A stretch of 64,000 bases of DNA. Source: the human T2T-CHM13v2.0 reference genome, Homo sapiens. The stretch lies in NCBI RefSeq assembly GCF_009914755.1, contig NC_060929.1; one strand, written 5' to 3'. Both the position numbers and the translations under genes were made by a program. Below, piece by piece: positions 41,921 through 56,442 of this stretch. Numbering within the stretch: position 1 is the first letter of the stretch; the number at the start of each line of letters is the position of its first letter. A model generated the notes under the pieces. The model did not search any database. It was not told the DNA's origin and saw nothing but the letters and a program-made list of their open reading frames with translations.

Positions 41921-42200
41921 ATTTACATTAATAAAATAAAATAAAAATGAAATTAATTTAGAAAAAAGTAAACTAAAAAAAGATAAAAGCAAAAATTTGG
42001 AAATGGTAAAAGAAAACAGTACAACAAAAATTTCAATAAATAACCTCATAAATTGAAAAATATCAACAAAGTACCCACATTACTGACCTTAGGAAGAAAA
42101 AAAGAAAACACAGATGCACAAGGTTGGGAAGAACAAAGGGAAATCAACCATGTAGCCATTAAAATAGAGAAAATTTACAAAAGTCTAGTCTTCAAGAATG

Positions 42201-42747
42201 TGTCAACCAAAACAGTCTAAAATATTTGAAGAGATTTATTTCAAACCAAATATGAGTGACCAATGGCCCATGACACAGCCTTCAGGAGATCCTGAGAACA
42301 AGAGCCCAAGGTAGTTAGGTTACAACTTGGTTCTATGCATTTTGGTCCATAAAGGCAGGACAACTGGAAGCAGGGTAGCTTCTAGGTCATAGGCAGATTC
42401 AGAGATTTTCTGATTGGCAATTGGTTGAAAGGGTTATTATCTGAAGACCTGGAAGAAATGGAAAGGAGTGTCTGGGTTATGATAAGGGGTCGTAAAGACC
42501 AAGGTTTCAATGAAGCCTCCAGGTAGCAGGTTTCAGATAGAATAGATTGTAAATGTTTCTTATCAAACTTAAAGAGCCTGTTCTATCAGTAATTCCAAAA
42601 GAGAGGAGGGTATAATGAGGCATGTCTAACACCCCCTACCCATCATGGCCTGAACTAGTTTTTCAAGTTAACTTTGCAATGTGCTTGGCCAAGAGGAGTG
42701 ATCCATCCAGATGACTGGGAGGCTTAGAATTTTATTTTTGGTTTAAA
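42201..42747 (-). mobile_element. MER4-group solo LTR (MER4B-like)
   Basis: Reverse-complement MER4 termini (tgtcaac...aaatatttgaagagatttatt / cttagaattttatttttggttta); 4-bp TSD AATG at 42197-42200 and 42748-42751. Confidence 0.85.
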
Positions 42748-42934
42748 AATGGAAGTATAATTTAGTATTAGGAAAACTATTTGCCTAATTCACCATATTA
42801 GTATATCTAAGGAGAAAATCCATATGCTTATCTTCAAAAGCCCTGTAAAGATCTTTTAAAAAAATTCAGTACTCATTCCAGATAAAAACACTTGGTTACA
42901 TAGGTATCAATAAATACTTCTTTAACATTACTTT

Positions 42935-43620
42935 TCAGATATGTGATTTACAAATATTTTCTCCCATTCTGTGGATTGTCTTTTCATTTTATGGATGGTA
43001 TTCTTTGAATCTAAGAAGTTTTAAATTTTTCTGAAATCCAATTTATCTACTTTTTTTTTTTTTTTTTTTTTTTTTGAGAAGGAGTCTCACTCTATCACCT
43101 AGGCTGGAGCACACTGGCACAATCTCGGCTCACTGCAACTTCTGCCTCCTGGGTTCGAGCAATTCTCCTGCCTCAGCCTCTGGGATCACAGGCGTGTGCC
43201 ACCACACCCAGCTGATTTTTGTATTTTTAGTAGAGACAGAGTTTCACCATGTTGGCCAAGCTGGTCTCTTGTCTCGAACTCCTGACCTCAGGTGATCCGC
43301 CCACCTCGGCCTCCCAAAGTGTTGGGATTACAGGCATGAGCCACCGCACCTGGCCGAATTTATGTACTTTTTTGCTTCAATGGCTTGTGCTTTGGGTGTC
43401 ATGTCTAACACATCATTGCCTAATCCAAAGTTACAAAGATTTATAATCATATTTTCTTCTAAGAATTGTATGATTTCAGGTCTATATTTAGGTGCTTGAT
43501 CCATTTTCAGTTAATTTCGTATATGGTATATGGTGGGGATCTAACTTCATTCTTTTGCCTGTACATATCCAGTTGTCCTGGCATAATTTATTGAAAAGAT
43601 TATTCTTTCTCCCATTAAAT
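42935..43620 (-). mobile_element. L1M ORF2 fragment, Alu-interrupted
   Basis: tcagatatgtgatttacaaatattttctcccattctgtggattgtctttt...cataatttattgaaaagattattctttctcccatt. Confidence 0.8.
43051..43355 (-). mobile_element. AluS
   Basis: Long T tail and dimer; flanks aatttat(c/g)tactttt form the TSD. Confidence 0.93.
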
Positions 43621-43779
43621 ATACTTGTTTTAAAATGCCATTTATATTTGTCTTAATTTGAGAATTTAGTCTCAATTTTTTCATGATATCAAAGGTTAAG
43701 TATCTTTAGAAATGTAATAACATTATTTGTTGAGCAACTGCTATGTACTGGGCACTGTCTTGGTGCTAGTTCTCTTTTT

Positions 43780-44560
43780 AATTTATTCATTCCATAATAT
43801 TTATTAAGCAACCTCTATGTGCCTTTGTTCTGGACCCTGGTTTTTGCCTAATACAATAGCAATACAGTGTCTGGTCGTTGATACAGTGTCTACCTTCCTG
43901 GGAATTATATTCCATTGGGGAAGATGAGAAAATAATGTGTGATTTAATCCGAGAAAGTAAAATTGTCTATGAAGAAAAAGAACAAAAAGGTGACATAGAT
44001 TGACAAGGATGGCAGGTGGACTATTAGAGTGGTCAGAAAAGGCCTATTGGGGAAGGTGACTTTTGAGCAGACACCTGAAAGATTGGAGGAGGCAATGTAG
44101 GGGTATGTATTCCAGGCAAAGAAAATATAAATGTTTGAATTCTTGGGGCCAGAATGGTTTTCATATGTTGAAGGAATAACAAACAGGCCAGCATGACTGG
44201 GTAGTGTGAAGACAGAAATGGAGGAGGTGAACTGGAGGAAGTAGCCAAGGATCATGTAGAGCTCATGAGTGTAAAAAAAGTTTAGACTTGACTCTCTTTG
44301 TTATGGGAGGCATTGGAGGGTGTCATGTGGGACTGGTGTTGTAAGAGACCACTCTGACTGCTCTATAGGGACCTACAGTAGAAGGGAGACCAAGAAGAAG
44401 GTTAATATAATAATACAAATGAGAGTTAATGGTGGCTTGGACTAGGTTAGCAGAAGTGGTGGTAATGAGAAGTATTCAGATTCAGGTGTGAATCCACATT
44501 TTTACAGGTAGATTCTGCACAACTGACTAATGAATTAAGTGTGAAGTGGAGAGAATGAAA
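43780..44560 (-). mobile_element. L2 LINE 3' region
   Basis: ttcattccataatatttattaagcaacctctatgtgcc...gtcagaaaaggcct...gaaggtgacttttgagcagacacctgaa...accactctgactgct. Confidence 0.75.
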
Positions 44561-44604
44561 GAGAAACAAGTTCATGTTCTCCCTCTTCCCTGGCTTCTTT
44601 GCTT

Positions 44605-45250
44605 CTCATTTATTCGTCTAATAGCTGTTTCCTGAGTCACTTCCATGTGTTGATACCTGTGCTAGATACTGAGATAAAATAGTAAGCAATAACCAGATAC
44701 AGTGGTCACAGGGGTTCTAGAATAATGGGGAAGAGAGATGTTAAACAGGCACAAATATAAAATAAACAATTTCAACTGTACACTATAAAGAGGGGGTTCA
44801 TAGATCTATTAGAGGCTATAAGAGAGGAATGAGCGTCCTGAAGAGGTGATGCTACTGCCAAAGTGGGAATAAGAGTTGTCTAAGAAAGAGGCGGTAGTGC
44901 TCCAAGAACAAGGGGCAGTATGTGGAAAGTCCCAATGGCTCAGAGAGAGAACAAGGCACCAAGAAGACCAAAGTGGGTATGCTGGGGAGACTATACAGTA
45001 CTTCAGAACAAGCCATGTGGAAAGTTCTGTCTCCCTCTTATGAAAAATGGGAAGTCCTTCATGGAATTTATAGGGGTAAGTGTTGAGGTGGGAGTAGTGA
45101 TAACAGGATAAGATTTATATTTTTGGTGGAGAATAGCTTGAAGAAAATGGTTGAAGGGGATGCAGGTAAGCCTGTTACTCTAGGTAAGCAAGAACAATGT
45201 CTTGTATCAGGCTGGGGCTACTGGATACCTGATGGTGCCATTCCCAGAGA
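44605..45250 (-). mobile_element. L2 LINE fragment
   Basis: cctgtgctagatactgagataaaatagtaagc...cctgaagaggtgatgct...gatggtgccattcccagagatg. Confidence 0.55.
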
Positions 45251-45937
45251 TGAACAACAGGAGAAACACTATCCTGGCTCATCGACCCACCTGACTTGCC
45301 TTCTCTGTTATGCTTACAGCTTCTCCTCCCCAGGACTTTTGCCTTTCATGGGGCTGTTGCTTTAACGTGGCTTATCAAAGCCTCTCTGGTCCTACCTCTA
45401 CTTCAGTGTTACTGCTAACTGCTTTAGTTTCTCAGTTTTCCAATGCCAAATTCCTGGGAAAGAAATGTAATTGGCCCAATTATTCTTTTTGAGGCAGGAC
45501 ACACAGGCTATGGTGGGCTCACCAGCATTTGAAACAGATGCCCACTAGCCAGATCCAATCAGCTTTACCCTTTAAATCAGCGGACAGAGACAGGCTACAC
45601 AGTAAAAACAGATGCGAAGGTATTTGGGAATGGTGGACATTGATAGATGTCTCCACTCTAGTTCCATTTTGGGAAAAGGAACTGCATGTAGAGAGATAGA
45701 TATTTACATACCCAGAATTATATCTGGTGTTTTGAGTTTTTAGAAAATAAGCTGCCAGGAATCACTTTATTAAACACTACTGCAATAGGAAAATTATCAA
45801 ACAAATTGTTCATTTTAACATCATCAGGAAAAATCAATCTTTTTATATGTGGCAGAAATTTAAGAAAATCTTAGTAAACTAATTTTTAAAGCTTTTATAT
45901 TAACAAAAATATCTATAATTCCAGATATGGGGGGGAC

Positions 45938-45949
45938 AGAGAGAAAGAG

Positions 45950-45980
<31 letters not shown>
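45938..45980. repeat. (GA)n microsatellite
   Basis: Direct reading of the sequence. Confidence 0.9.
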
Positions 45981-46650
45981 CCCTATTTGCCACCAATGGA
46001 GGCAATAGCACCATTCCTGACTGAAAATTGGCAATGAAAGAGAAAAATGTAAACATTTACTGAGCCTCTTTATGAGAACCTCTATTTTATTTCTAGTTCA
46101 GGGTTAAGTTCTTTGTTACAGAAGACCATCAGCTAAAAAATTTGCAAGTAATGAGTGAATTAGACAAATCAGCATTTTGTAACCCCATTCGAAATAATGT
46201 TCCAAATAAAAATGATTAATTGATGCTAAAATCATGTTGTGGGGAACAGAATATTTTCAGAGCCCCCAAATAACCATCATGTGGATTACCTGCTAACTGC
46301 AAAGGAAATGACATTCATTTTCAGTAGAGAGATCTGCTGATCTTCACCTTACTTGAGAGTTCAAACTTAACATCACTAATAGTGGGGAAACTTGACACTT
46401 TGTACCTCCTGCTGTGATGCGCTCTGAGGTACATGGTATAATCTACGGAACACTTTTGCCAAATATATTTAACTTCAATCTATTCAACTTCCTGACCTTA
46501 GTACTAGCATGCAGTATACAACATTGTTAGAGGAGAAAGATAAATAATATCCAGAAGAAATAATTGGAAAAATTCAAAATATAATTTGAAACATTATTCT
46601 ATAAGTAGCTGGTCTGGTTTCTCAATGTCAGAGAGAGAGGGAGAGACAGT

Positions 46651-46674
46651 ACACACACACACACACACACACAC
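46651..46674. repeat. (AC)n microsatellite
   Basis: Direct reading of the sequence. Confidence 0.9.
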
Positions 46675-46824
46675 GTACATATATATATGCTATAATAGAC
46701 AATTAGATAAATTTGAATGTAGAGTGGCATCAAGATGATATTATGAAATTAGCATTAATTTCCTTAGGTGCGATAATGGTCCTGTGGGTCTGTAGGAGAA
46801 TGTCATCACTATGAGCCACCCACT

Positions 46825-47248
<424 letters not shown>

Positions 47249-48149
47249 TACCCACTGAAGAATTTAGGGGTTAAGTGACACAATGTCTACAATTTATTTT
47301 CAAGTGGTTTGGCAAAAAATGTGTACATATACATGTATACATACAGATAAAACAAATATAGTAAAATGTTAACAATGATTGAATTTGGGTAGTATATATA
47401 TGGTTATTCATCATACTACTACTCTTTTACCATTTGTGTATGTTTAAAATTTTTCATAATAAAATGTTGGAGAAAATATGCTTAGGTAGCAAAAGATGAT
47501 GTAAAAATGAAACCAGACAGGATGCCATTTAAAAAAAAGAACATTCTATTAGATGTATTAGAATCTGAAACTAAACTTATTAGATAAAATATTTGAAACT
47601 GAAAATATGATAAAAATGAATAGCTTAATAGAAGGGTTGAAAGATAAAATTAAGGAAATAGAAAGCAGAGCAAAAAGTAAAAATATGGAAAGTGAAAGAG
47701 AATAAAATGAAAATAAAACTAGAAGATTAATTCAGGTTAATATTCAAATAACTGGAGTTCCAAAAGAGGAAAGAAAGAAAATAGAAGGGAGGCAATCAAC
47801 AAGTAATCGGGTAAAAATGTATTAGAACTGCGTTAACTAGCTTCCAGATTTAAAGGGCCCACCAAATCTACAGCACATATAGATAAAAAGAGATCTATAT
47901 CAAGGTTCATCACTGTAAAATTTCAGAACACAGAGAACAATGAAAAGGGAATAGAAGCTTCCGGAAAGAAAGAGAAAACTCATTAAGTACTAAAAGAGCG
48001 GGAATCTTAATGCTTCAGACTTCTCAACAACAATGTTGGAAGCTATTACAGAAAGCACCAGAGTATTGCCTTAAACAATCTGAAAGAAAATAGTTCCAAT
48101 CTAGATCTCTATTCCCAGTCAATGATTGTATAAGGATAGTGTAAACTTG

Positions 48150-48392
48150 CAGGAGTGTCCAATCTTTTGGCTTCCCTGGACCATATTGGAAGAAGAAGAA
48201 TTGTCTTGGGCCACACATAAAATACACTAACACTAATGATAGTTGATAAGCAAAAAATAAAAAAGCAAAACAAAAAACCGCAAAAAAAAAAATCTCATAA
48301 TGTTTTAAGAAAGTTTACGAATTTGTGTAGGGCCACATTTAAAGCCATCCTGGGCCACAGGCAGCCTGTGGGCTGCAGGTTGGACAAGTGTG
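48150..48392. mobile_element. MER30 hAT MITE
   Basis: caggagtgtccaatcttttggcttccctgg...ataaaatacactaacactaatgatag...caggttggacaag. Confidence 0.9.
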
Positions 48393-49689
48393 GCCGTATA
48401 GCATCTTCAGACATACAGGTTACCCCAAAAAATCATCTCCCATGCCTGCAGTTTTAGAAAGCCTAGAGAATAAGTCAAGAAAGTGGAAAACACAAGACTG
48501 AGGGACCAGGCGAGCCAACAGAAGAGGAGATAAATGAATCCCAGGACAGTGGTGAAGGGGGATCCCAGGATGAAAGCTGAGTATCAGACCTAGAGTGCCG
48601 CCATTTCAGACTGGAATATGTCAGAGGCTCTGGAAGGGCCTTCTGCAGGAAGATGAAATGAAGATAATATCTAATGAGTCTGGCAGTCTTGAGGGGAGCG
48701 TTCATCAAAACATAAGTTAGGGGATAAATGAATGGTAAGTAAAACAAAAATCAAAAAGAAGATAATCATTAATTCGAGAAAAAAACAAGTTGTGCAGTAA
48801 AAGTAACGATCAAGTAAAAGTAACTTATCAGAGTTTATAATTTATTTCAGTTACAGATAGTACTTATGTAGTCATAATAAAATAAACCCTCATATTAATC
48901 TAATAAAAGTTATGCAGAGAATGAGGTAAAGGAAAGGAACTACATATGTGGTAGGAACAGGTGAGGCTTAGTATGGTATAGATGAGAAAATCCCCATCTT
49001 CTATAGTGTGAAGGCAATAGATAATGCCAAAAATAAAAATCAAATGGTAGAAATTCAAGCACATTAATTCAAGTCATAGAGGTAAATATCAAAATATTCA
49101 GCAATGTGTTGAAATTTGTTGTCTCTCAAAGAGGGAAATGCTGGAGTGGGGATGGGAGACTGTTATTTTTCCTTACATACCTTGTAAAATTATTTGATTC
49201 TAAACTATGTGTAGCTATGTGCGCTACATTTTATTAGCTAAAGATAAAGAGAGAGAGAGCTGGAAAAGAATAGAGTCCAGTAATAAATGCAGAGATGTAT
49301 AACTTATTTTAAAAGGAAGATAAAAGATTGTTTTTTGAAAGTCTTTAGAAGAAATAAGAAAGTCTGTAGGAAGTAATGAGAAAAAAACCTCCAAAACTTA
49401 GTCTGAAAAAGTAATAAAACATTTAGTACATCCAAAAGGATAATGTATATGACACACATCCAAGCATAAAAGGACTAGATGATGTTAAAGAAATACATCA
49501 ACAAGTTACTTCAAATGGAGAACTAGCATGAACTACTAAAAATAAAGACATGAGCAGAGACGTGAATAAGGAATAAAACAGATATGTAATTAATATTTTA
49601 AACAATAAGTATGATTTGGGTCAATATCATCTAGTTATATTAAAAATGCTTGGGTGATTATAAACAATGGGCAAATGATTAATGATAGC

Positions 49690-49810
49690 ATAATTAACTC
49701 TAGGGCAATGTGTAGTAGGGCGTTGCAAGAGTCCATGTTGGGTCTGGTCTACTTTAATGCCTTTAATGATCTGGAAAAAGGAGTGAATAGAATTTATAGA
49801 TGGTACTCAA
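49690..49810 (+). mobile_element. L3/CR1 reverse-transcriptase fossil
   Basis: Translation RALQESMLGLVYFNAFNDLEKGVN resembles the CR1 RT motif GVPQGSVLGPVLFNIFINDL. Confidence 0.55.
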
Positions 49811-50544
49811 TTTTTCACTCGGTTCATGGCCCTAAAAAAGAACATTTTCCTGGCATGGCATGGATGGCACTCAATCTGGCATAGAAAAGGATGGATTACA
49901 ATCTCTAGTCCTTCACCCTCGAATGCTTGCCTTGTGTATTAGAATTAATATTCTTTCCACCTGGCCCATTTTGCAACCCATGGCTTTCTCTGAAACATTT
50001 TTTTTCCCTCTACTATATTTATGCTGAAAGAACATGTGAAATGGCTCTCCCCTGTCCTATATGTCAGTTACTACTACTCTCTCAGGATCTGAGTTCATAC
50101 TCTGATCTCTTATATACATTTAGCATACAAGTCTACTATAGATTTAGTTGAATGTAGTTCAAATTTGACCACCTTGTTCTCTGAGCTGGACAATCAATTG
50201 TATATGTATTTGTGTAATTGCACATATACTAATTGCATATGTTGTTTGATTTAAATATTTGTATGATTTTCAAAATCTGATTCTTTAAAATCTCTCCCTT
50301 AAATCATAGGCTAAACTATGCCATGTTATCTCTTGACAAGATGTTTTGTACTTTGTTATCCAATTAGGAAACTTCATTATTCTCTGTAAGGTTGGGCTCT
50401 CTCAGTACTTTTACATTAGTTCCCTAAGAGAGGCTACTAAGTTGATTCCACTTTATTTTTGCTTTTGAGGGCTTATTGAATAAGCTTGTTTCATTAAAAT
50501 GTTCTAGTCATTTGTAAGTAATGAAAGTGCCTCAGTTATCTATG

Positions 50545-51044
50545 TGTTAGGGCTCAGGACACACCTCCCCAAAATATGACTATAGAAGACCAGAATATGC
50601 CACTCCAAAATATACTTTTGTGGCATATTTCAAACAGGTTGTTTTAAGAAACTGCAGATGCAGGAGTAGCTCTCAAAAGCTGGACTTTTGTAAAAGAAAT
50701 TTATGTCTATAAAATAAATCTACATTGTTAAAATATCTGTACCAGAAAAAGGGCTGCTTGAGACTTTTATTACCTAAGAGACTTCTTATCCCCATAATGA
50801 GGCAACCTTTATTCACCACACATTTCCTGCCCTCACCCTCCCATAACTTGTCTCCAACACCTCTCAGAAGCCCAAGACCTGTTTCCTTTCTGTGGCTCAG
50901 AATACTATAAAATCTTCAATGATATGGCCCTTCTTTGATGTTTGATATTTAGTGGGACTCCTGTGCATACATATGTAATTAAAAATAGTTTTTCTCCTGT
51001 TAATCTGTTTTATGCCAACTTAATTCTTATCTCTCCCCTGCACA
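50545..51044 (+). mobile_element. MER34-family ERV1 solo LTR
   Basis: tgttagggctcaggacacacctccccaaaatatgac...agaaactgcagatgcaggagtagctct...ttttctcctgttaatctgttttatg. Confidence 0.7.
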
Positions 51045-51567
51045 TCCAATAAGGATTCAGGCATAGAAGAAACCCACTAATAATGCAGGGGCTTTATTTC
51101 AGCCAGCAATGTCACCCAAAGTCAGCCTTTTTTCACAGTAATGAACACAAAAGGAAAAGTGATATTTGATTTTTGTATTTGCCTTCTCCTTGTCCTCTTT
51201 ATTTGGACAACTAAGGAAGGAAGAATAAAGATAAAAAGAATAAATGAGCAGGAAAACAACTTGAGAGTTGACTAAATTATCTACCAGCAGACAGTTAACC
51301 CTAATTGTAAAAAAAAAATCTTGATATTTTAAAATTAGAAGACCAAAAATGAGGGATTAGAGCAAAATGCTGGACTGAGCCATGCATCTACCTCCTTTCC
51401 CACTCAAATCCCTTTAAAAAAGTGAAACCATATTTTGCAATGAATAAATCTTTAGAATCACAAGAAAATAAATTAGATTTTGAAAGTGCTATCAACAGAT
51501 CAAAAATTGTGAAAAATTCCTAGGAAATAGAAAGCACATGGGACAAAATGGAGAAAAAGATAGCCAT

Positions 51568-51925
<358 letters not shown>

Positions 51926-52538
51926 CTACACCTTCAGAGGTAATGATGGATGTAGCAAACTTCAAGCTCAGACTGAGCAAATGGCAAGTTCAGGATGGGA
52001 CCCTGGGGCGCTGCTGTCAGGAAAATTAATTAAAGAGATTGATGCAGAACAGCAGGGCCAGTGAGACCTCCTAACTCAATCCACCTCAGCAACAGGCTGC
52101 TGCAATGCTTGATCACAGGTTAAAACCCAAGATCTGTGTGATAAAGAATTTGAACTACCTATCTAAAGTTCCTAGCTGGGTGTATGAAGTTAAGAGGAGG
52201 CAGAACAGAATTTATGTTGATTGAATATCCTATTTGAAAAGCTGCTTTTCCTGGAATAAAATCTCCTAAGGACTTTCATTCCTAGTGTCACAGTTCCTTA
52301 TTTTTGATAACTTGCAAAACCAGCAAGTCAACATGCTCCCACCTCCAGATGGAACGAGACTAGAGGTTCCAACTGACTTATACCAACTGCTGACCCACTG
52401 AAATTGTGAGATATGTTTGCGTTGTTTTCAGCTGATAAATTTGTGGTAACTTGTTATGCAGCAATAAAAAATTAATGCAATACCTATTATTTGACCTAGT
52501 GTTTTCAGTCATAAAAATGCACTGATAACCTAGGGTAC

Positions 52539-52869
52539 CGCTATGGATTGAATTGTGTCCCCTTACGCCAAATTCATACAAGTCCTAACCCAAAATGTGA
52601 CAACATTTGAAGGTGGGGTCTTTGGGAAATAATTGCATTTACATGAGGTCATTATGGCCCCTATGATGAGATTAGTGTCCTTATAAGAAAAGAAAGAGAA
52701 AGCAGAGCTTAAGACTTCTGCAAGCCAGAAGAGCCCTCACTGGGGAACCAAATTGGCCGGCACCTTGATCTTGGGCTTCTTAGTCTCCGGATCTGTGAGC
52801 AATAAATTCTTGTTGTTTAAGCCACCAGTTTATGGTATTCTGTTACAGCAGCCCAAACAGACTAATACA
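52539..52869 (+). mobile_element. MLT1A-like MaLR LTR
   Basis: gctatggattgaattgtgtcccc...ctgcaagccagaagagccctcac...aataaattcttgttgtttaagccacc...gactaataCA. Confidence 0.85.
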
Positions 52870-53526
52870 AATACCAAATGCATGAACAAAAAAAAAAGAA
52901 CAAAGAAAATAAATGATTCCTGAGAAAGGAAAGAGAATCCAAAGGGCAGAAAAGAACTGTAAAAAAAAAAAAAAAATTATTGGTATTCTTGGAAAGGCTA
53001 AAGAAGATTTTGTATTCATAAAATAAGACTGGTTTTAAGAAAAAGCCAGAAAAAGTTTATTTTAAATTTAAAACATTGAGAACTAACCTCTGATTATTTT
53101 TATCTTTCCCAAATTCCTATCTAAGGGGTTTGGGTAGTCAGGTCCTACAAACCCTAAATTCTCATCAGATGGGTCTTATTTAACTCTATATATCGTGACT
53201 TACTTTCCAACCTGACTCTGGCATAACATTACGAGACAAGGAAGAAAATCAAAATATTTTACCCCAAATCATGTTTCTTTCCCATTCATTTCCCAGTTTT
53301 GAAATGGCCCTGCAAAACTGTCCTTTGTGGGGGAAAATTTGCATCTGTAAATAATCTCTATTAACATAGCTAGATCTTTTTCTTCCAGGATCTCCCAATT
53401 CTAAAGAGATTTACTAAAAGTCTAGCACCTTTTAATGCGCTGAAGAGAAAACTTTTGTCATCTCATCTCTAAGGGCAGCCACTGTAAGACTTCAAAAGAA
53501 CCTTGGTCTCCACAATCTTTTATCTT

Positions 53527-53871
<345 letters not shown>

Positions 53872-54055
53872 TAGATAAACTCAACCAATTGTCAACCAGA
53901 AAATGTTTAAATTTCCCTTCAGCCCCCCACACCTCCCACGGAATTTGAGTTCCCCTCCCTAGATCAACCCACTGTATTTCTTAAATGTATTTAATTGATG
54001 TCTCATGCCTCCCTAAAATGTGTAAAACCAAGCTGTGCCCCAACCACCTTGGCCA

Positions 54056-54592
54056 TGTTATATATAAAGTTTCGGTGCCACAAAAGAAATAGCACTTGAA
54101 TATAAAATTTTCTTTTTAATTCTCAGCAAGGCAAGTTACTTCTATATAGAAGGGTGTGCCCTTACAGATGGAGCAATGGTGAGTGCACATTTAGACAAAG
54201 GAGGGGAAGGGGTTCTTATCCCTGAGTCACGTGGCCCCTGCTGCTGTGTTGTTCCCCTATTGGCTAGGGTTAGACTGCATAGGCTAAACTAATTCCAATT
54301 GGCGGCTAATTTAAAGAGAACGACAGGGTGAGTGCTTTGGCGGGAGTCAGGGCAGAGCAGGTAGCAGGTAATCAGAATGAGGTAGCGTGGAGCAGGTGAT
54401 CAGAATGAGTTAGGGTGGAGCAGGTGGTCAGAATGAGTTAGGATGGAGCAGGTGATCAGAATGAGTCAAGGTGGAGTAGGTGATCGAAAAAGGTTGCTTT
54501 ACGAGGAAGTTAAGTTTAAAAGTAGAAGGCAAAGAATTGAACATACCAACATATTAATTCTTTGAAAATAAATTTAGAACTCATATCTAACA
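54056..54592 (-). mobile_element. LTR10 (LTR10F-like, HERV-I) solo LTR
   Basis: Minus strand starts TGTTAGATATGAGTTCTAAATTT...TCAAAGAAT...TTCAATTCTTTGCCTTCTACTTTTAAACTTAACTTCCTCGTAAAGCAACC; 28-bp repeat; TSD GCCA at 54052-54055 and 54593-54596. Confidence 0.88.
54363..54485. repeat. 28-bp tandem repeat (4 units plus a partial) in LTR10
   Basis: Unit agcaggtgatcagaatgagt(t/c)agggtgg at 54363, 54391, 54419 and 54447. Confidence 0.9.
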
Positions 54593-55615
54593 GCCACATG
54601 TTCTCAGGACCTCCTGAGGGCTGTGTCATGGGCCATGGTCACTCATATTTGGCTCAGAATAAATCTCTTCAAATATTTTACAGAATTTGACTCTTTTCAT
54701 TGACAACGTGGTTGTTGTAATTTGAAAAACAAAAAGTAGAAAGGCTTAATAATAAAATGAATCAAGATGAAAACAAAACAGACATACAAATGATCAAGTT
54801 TAGAAAATATCCTAGAACACAAAGAAAAAGGAGAGAGGAATGAGGGAGAAAGGGAAATAGAGAGGACATAAAACTGAAGACACATGGAAAATATCTTGAA
54901 AAGGAGAAGGTGCGGTAGAGGACAAGAGTTAAGGGAGAAGGAAGGAAGAGGTGAAGGAGGAGGGGGAAAAAGAAGTTATTTAAATGTGCCTTTAAATATA
55001 CAGAAACAATTTCTAGAAGACTACAATCAATATGAGTGACTTCCAAATTATTAACAGAAATATTAGGGAAAAAATAAAAATTCAGTAAAGCCAGCAAATG
55101 GTAGAAATATTTTTTAAAAAAGAAAAAAATAGCATAGTCAATAGAAACATAAGATGAAAGGAATAACTTGGAGTATGTAATACAAAAATGGTGAATGGGT
55201 TATAAAAAAATCCAATTACATGCTATTTACAAGAAAACAAAATGGCACAAGATGACTGAAAATAAAGGGAAAAAACAGATACTTCAGACAAGTGCTATAA
55301 AAAAATATGTATCAATAGATTTGAAAAATGAAATCCACTAAAATAAATGAAGAGTTAAATTTCATTTTAGCAAGAAGTTACCATCCACCAAGAAGTCATA
55401 CCAGTCAAGAAAATGTATGCATTTAACAAAATAGATTTGTAATATGTTGAGCAATCACTAATAAGATTTTACAAGGAAAAATCAACCAGAATTTTAATGG
55501 AAGATGTCAGTTTACTCCTTTCAGAATTCATTGACAAAAACAAATGAAAAAGAGATAAGGGTATATGGTACTTATAATAAAATTTGCAAGTATGATCTAA
55601 TAGTTTTACAAAGAA

Positions 55616-56442
55616 TTTTCTTTTTTTAAATTATACTTTAAGTTCTAGGGTACATGTGCACAATGTGCAGGTTTGTTACATATGTATACATGTGCCATGT
55701 TGGTGTGCTGCACCCATTAACTCGTCATTTACATTAGGTATATCTCCTAATGCTAACTCTCCTCTCTCCCCCCACCCCACAACAGGCCCCAGTGTGTGAT
55801 GTTCCCCACTCTGTGTCCAAGTGTTCTCATTGTTCAATTCCCACCTATGAATGAGAACATGTGGTGTTTGGTTTTCTGTCCTTGCGATAGTTTGCTCAGA
55901 ATGATGGTTTCCAGCTTCATCCATGTCCCTAAAAAGGACATGAACTCATCCTTTTTTATGTCTGCATAGTATTCCATGGTGTATATATGCCACATTTTCT
56001 TAATCCAGTCTATCATTGATGGACATTTGGGTTGGTTCCGAGTCTTTGCTATTGTGAATAGTGCCGCAATAAACATACATGTGCATGTGTCTTTATAGCA
56101 GCATGATTTATAATCTTTTGGGTATATGCCCAGTAATGGGAGAGCTGGGTCAAATGGTATTTCCAGTTCTAGATCCTTGAGGAATTGCCACACTGTCTTC
56201 CACAATGGTTGAACTAGTTTACAGTCCCACCAACAGTGTAAAAGTGTTCCTATTTCTCCACATCCTCTCCAGCACCTGTTGTTTCCTGACTTTTTAATGA
56301 TTGCCATTCTAACTGGTGTGAGATGGTATCTCATTGTGGTTTTGATTTGCATTTCTCTGATGGCCAGTGATGATGAGCATTTTTTTCATGTGTCTATTGG
56401 CTGCATAAATGTCTTCTTTTGAGAAGTATCTGTTCATATCCT
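55616..56442 (-). mobile_element. 5'-truncated L1PA (about PA4-PA6), ORF2 C-terminus plus 3' UTR
   Basis: ttatactttaagttctagggtacatgtgcac; ORF2 end [44 protein letters not shown]...IGGN. Confidence 0.96.

Larger units (their letters stand above)
39060..42190 (+). mobile_element. Highly degraded old L1 (ORF1 and ORF2 endonuclease remnants) with nested insertions
   Basis: A-rich sense strand with L1 motifs aagattttatatccagccaaattatc, aagacaaagaaggactttttataatg and actacatatcataatctatgggatacaattaaa. Confidence 0.65.

Noticed and set aside
55834-56352. 172-aa ORF
   Set aside because: C-terminal fragment of L1 ORF2 in a 5'-truncated element without a promoter.
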